Positions 61,826 through 64,000 of a stretch of DNA of 64,000 nucleotides are shown here, piece after piece; within the stretch, counting starts at the first letter, position 1, and the number at the start of each line of letters is the position of its first letter. Both the position numbers and the translations under genes were made by a program. Below the pieces are notes generated by a model. That model saw only the letters and a program-made list of their open reading frames with translations. It had not been told where the DNA came from and did no database searches. Source of the DNA: Curvularia clavata (Eukaryota); the NCBI GenBank assembly GCA_023920165.1, contig CP089281.1, positions 992,001 through 1,056,000 of the forward strand, given 5' to 3'.

Positions 61826-63450
61826 GAAGGAGTGTAATTAGACTTTAATGAACATCCACAGGTACCCAGCAATCAAGACATGCTAGTAGACTATGCATGA
61901 GTGCAAATTATGAAGGTCGAATGTTCCGAGTGAGGGGGCGATTCAGCAGGCAGAATGTAGACTTTGCAAGCCCTGCAAGCTTCGGTCCATATCATCTTTT
62001 CGCCTAGTTACTTTTCCCGTCGATCGGGGCGTCCGGGAATGATTCTGTCCATTCTGCTGTTGCGGAGAGCCGGAAAGTGAGCACTATGAGCTCAACATGG
62101 GTGGAAACCTCAACGCCATCGACTGATCGGAGAGGGAGCAAACTGCCAGCAACTTCCATGCAGATAACTTTGCTCGATCAGGTAGCTGCAGAGTGGTCGG
62201 CAAAGTCAGTAGCACCTAGGTGCATGGTGGTAGGAATCGAAAAATGGGCACGCGCGGCAGCCAAAGAGGCCTTAACTGACCGGAAACGCCGTAGAGCGTG
62301 CTGACAGCCAGTTGTCCGGTGGCTGTCTACGCATGTTGTTGGATAGAGGGTGATGCAGGCCTGGCCCAAACTGACTAGCAATTCAGCTAGATTTTGACGA
62401 GTGGTGGTGGATGGCTAGAACGTGTATTGGGGGGTTGCCTTGGGGAGGAGTGGTAGAGAAGTGTTCAGCGATATCAATAGCATGGAGCAGAAAGGGGCAT
62501 GTGTACGGCGTGGCTTATTGGCTTGGCGATTTGGTGTATTGTAGAGTGTTGGATGACAGCGCGAAAGCGAGATTTTTGCTGGGACAGCTGATGACGAGTC
62601 TAGCGCTAAAACATCCTGTCAATAACTCGGCAGCTTAAGGGCGATAGGAAAGCTTTTCACGGAGTTTAGGCACTTCCTTCGAGCAGTTGCATGGCCGTTC
62701 TATAGACTAGGGCGGTCGGACTATCAGCCTCTCAGCGATGGCCATCACTAAACTTGCTGCATGCTATCGGCAATCGATGCAGACGTGCAGCTGATGGACA
62801 GAGCAATTTCTATTGCCATGCCGGGGGTAATTCCTTGGCGGGCTGAATTAGGCTTCGGCCACCCAGGAACCATGGCGTCCCGTTTTTGTGGCCAGAACGC
62901 CGTTCGATGTGGTTACTGGATATTGCATTGCACTAATTAATGCACCCCCCGGCCTATCAAAGTCGCTCGACTTCCAGACCATGGCTTGTCAGCGGTCAAA
63001 TGGACGCGTCCCGCATGGCTACGGGGGACAGTGGCTTTAGCAGACCCGCCATGGGGGCTGTGGCGCGCAGGATTCTCAAGGCCATGACATTCATCATAAG
63101 GGCTCGTTGCTCCCAGGTCTGGCGGCCTTCTCAAGAATACGAGTCTGTCTTAAACGGCTGTTGGGTCGACGATCGACATACACGAGCAAGCCCCGCCAAC
63201 TGGTTGTCACTCTTTGCCCTGTTATCCCCATTACCGTTGTCTACCCCTGGCGACCCGCTAGACAGACCTCGGCCTCTTGGGTGTCTGCTGCAGGTACCCG
63301 GATCAAAGCCTCAGGACAAAGGACACAGGTCGTTCACTGTTTACGCGTGTGCGCGGCCTGTCAAGCAGTAAAAGAAGAAGACGGCCATGGGCTGCATGAA
63401 CGTCTCGCCATTTCCTGGATAAATATAGGATCGCCCGGCCGTTTATTGAA

Positions 63451-64000
63451 ATGGATACGCAAACTTCTGTCAATACTCCCGAGTCGGTAGCCATTCCGTC
63501 GCACCATCATCCCCTGCCAACGCTCAGAAGGGAACACAAAAACCGCCGCCGCTGTGACTCCATATATCTCCCTGTGTCACCACGGGTCGGCTCTGGTATC
63601 CGCGCGCTGCTCCTGTTGCTCATCGCATTTCTGTCCTGCAGTTCCCTGGCCGCTCCTGCTATCGCGACTGGAACCCATGGTGATCAACCAGTGCTACTCG
63701 TGGAAGACGATCTCCCCTGGACCGGATCGGCACTGCACCTCGATCTCAGCCCTCCGCCGCAAGTGCCGCAGTTAATGCCTCCTCTAACGCACGCCGACGA
63801 TACCACCGACGTTCGCGCACCTCCGCCGTCGAAACGCGCCATCAATACCGACTCTAATGCGACCGATGGCGATTTCTCGGTCCCTACGCCCTTTGACTCG
63901 GCGCTGTCGAATAACTTCACCAACTCATGCGCCAAATTCATAAATAGCATGCGCCAAAATGCGGACTTCCAGAACTGCCACCCGTTCTCCCTGCTATTAC
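63451..64000 (+). CDS. Fungal membrane/secreted protein of unknown function, truncated by window end
   Basis: Open frame from ATG 63451 to the window end, so it is absent from the ORF track. Hydrophobic segment RALLLLLIAFLSCSSLAA and PTPFDSALSNNFTNSC..F..CHPFSLLL. Confidence 0.75.
   Translation, partial: MDTQTSVNTPESVAIPSHHHPLPTLRREHKNRRRCDSIYLPVSPRVGSGIRALLLLLIAFLSCSSLAAPAIATGTHGDQPVLLVEDDLPWTGSALHLDLSPPPQVPQLMPPLTHADDTTDVRAPPPSKRAINTDSNATDGDFSVPTPFDSALSNNFTNSCAKFINSMRQNADFQNCHPFSLLL

Overview
Intron-rich fungal DNA, most consistent with a filamentous ascomycete (Dothideomycete/Pleosporales-like; inferred from gene content and GT-AG introns with CTRAC/CTAAT branch points). About 23 protein-coding loci were reconstructed by hand across introns. 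Housekeeping genes: molybdopterin synthase catalytic subunit, RTC5, mitochondrial bL36, an AME1/CENP-U-like AT-hook protein, POB3, CAB2, a DCR2-like phosphoesterase and a Trm61-like methyltransferase. Other genes: two Zn2Cys6 transcription factors, a PsiD-like decarboxylase, a HET-domain protein, an MFS transporter and a CBM18-bearing AA5 copper radical oxidase. An accessory-looking block at 53-62 kb holds a PTH11-like pseudogene, an FAD oxidoreductase, a paraoxonase-like lactonase and an SDR. I found no rRNA, tRNA, CRISPR array or recognisable transposon, and I cannot demonstrate a new multi-gene system. Best leads: an unannotated protein with a spinophilin/Phactr-like PP1-docking motif; a twin-CX9C protein; a small PY-motif membrane protein; two GC-AG introns; an intron splitting the POB3 start codon; a HET island between core genes; and a 7 kb gene-free gap between convergent genes. 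All family assignments come from motif recognition, not database searches.
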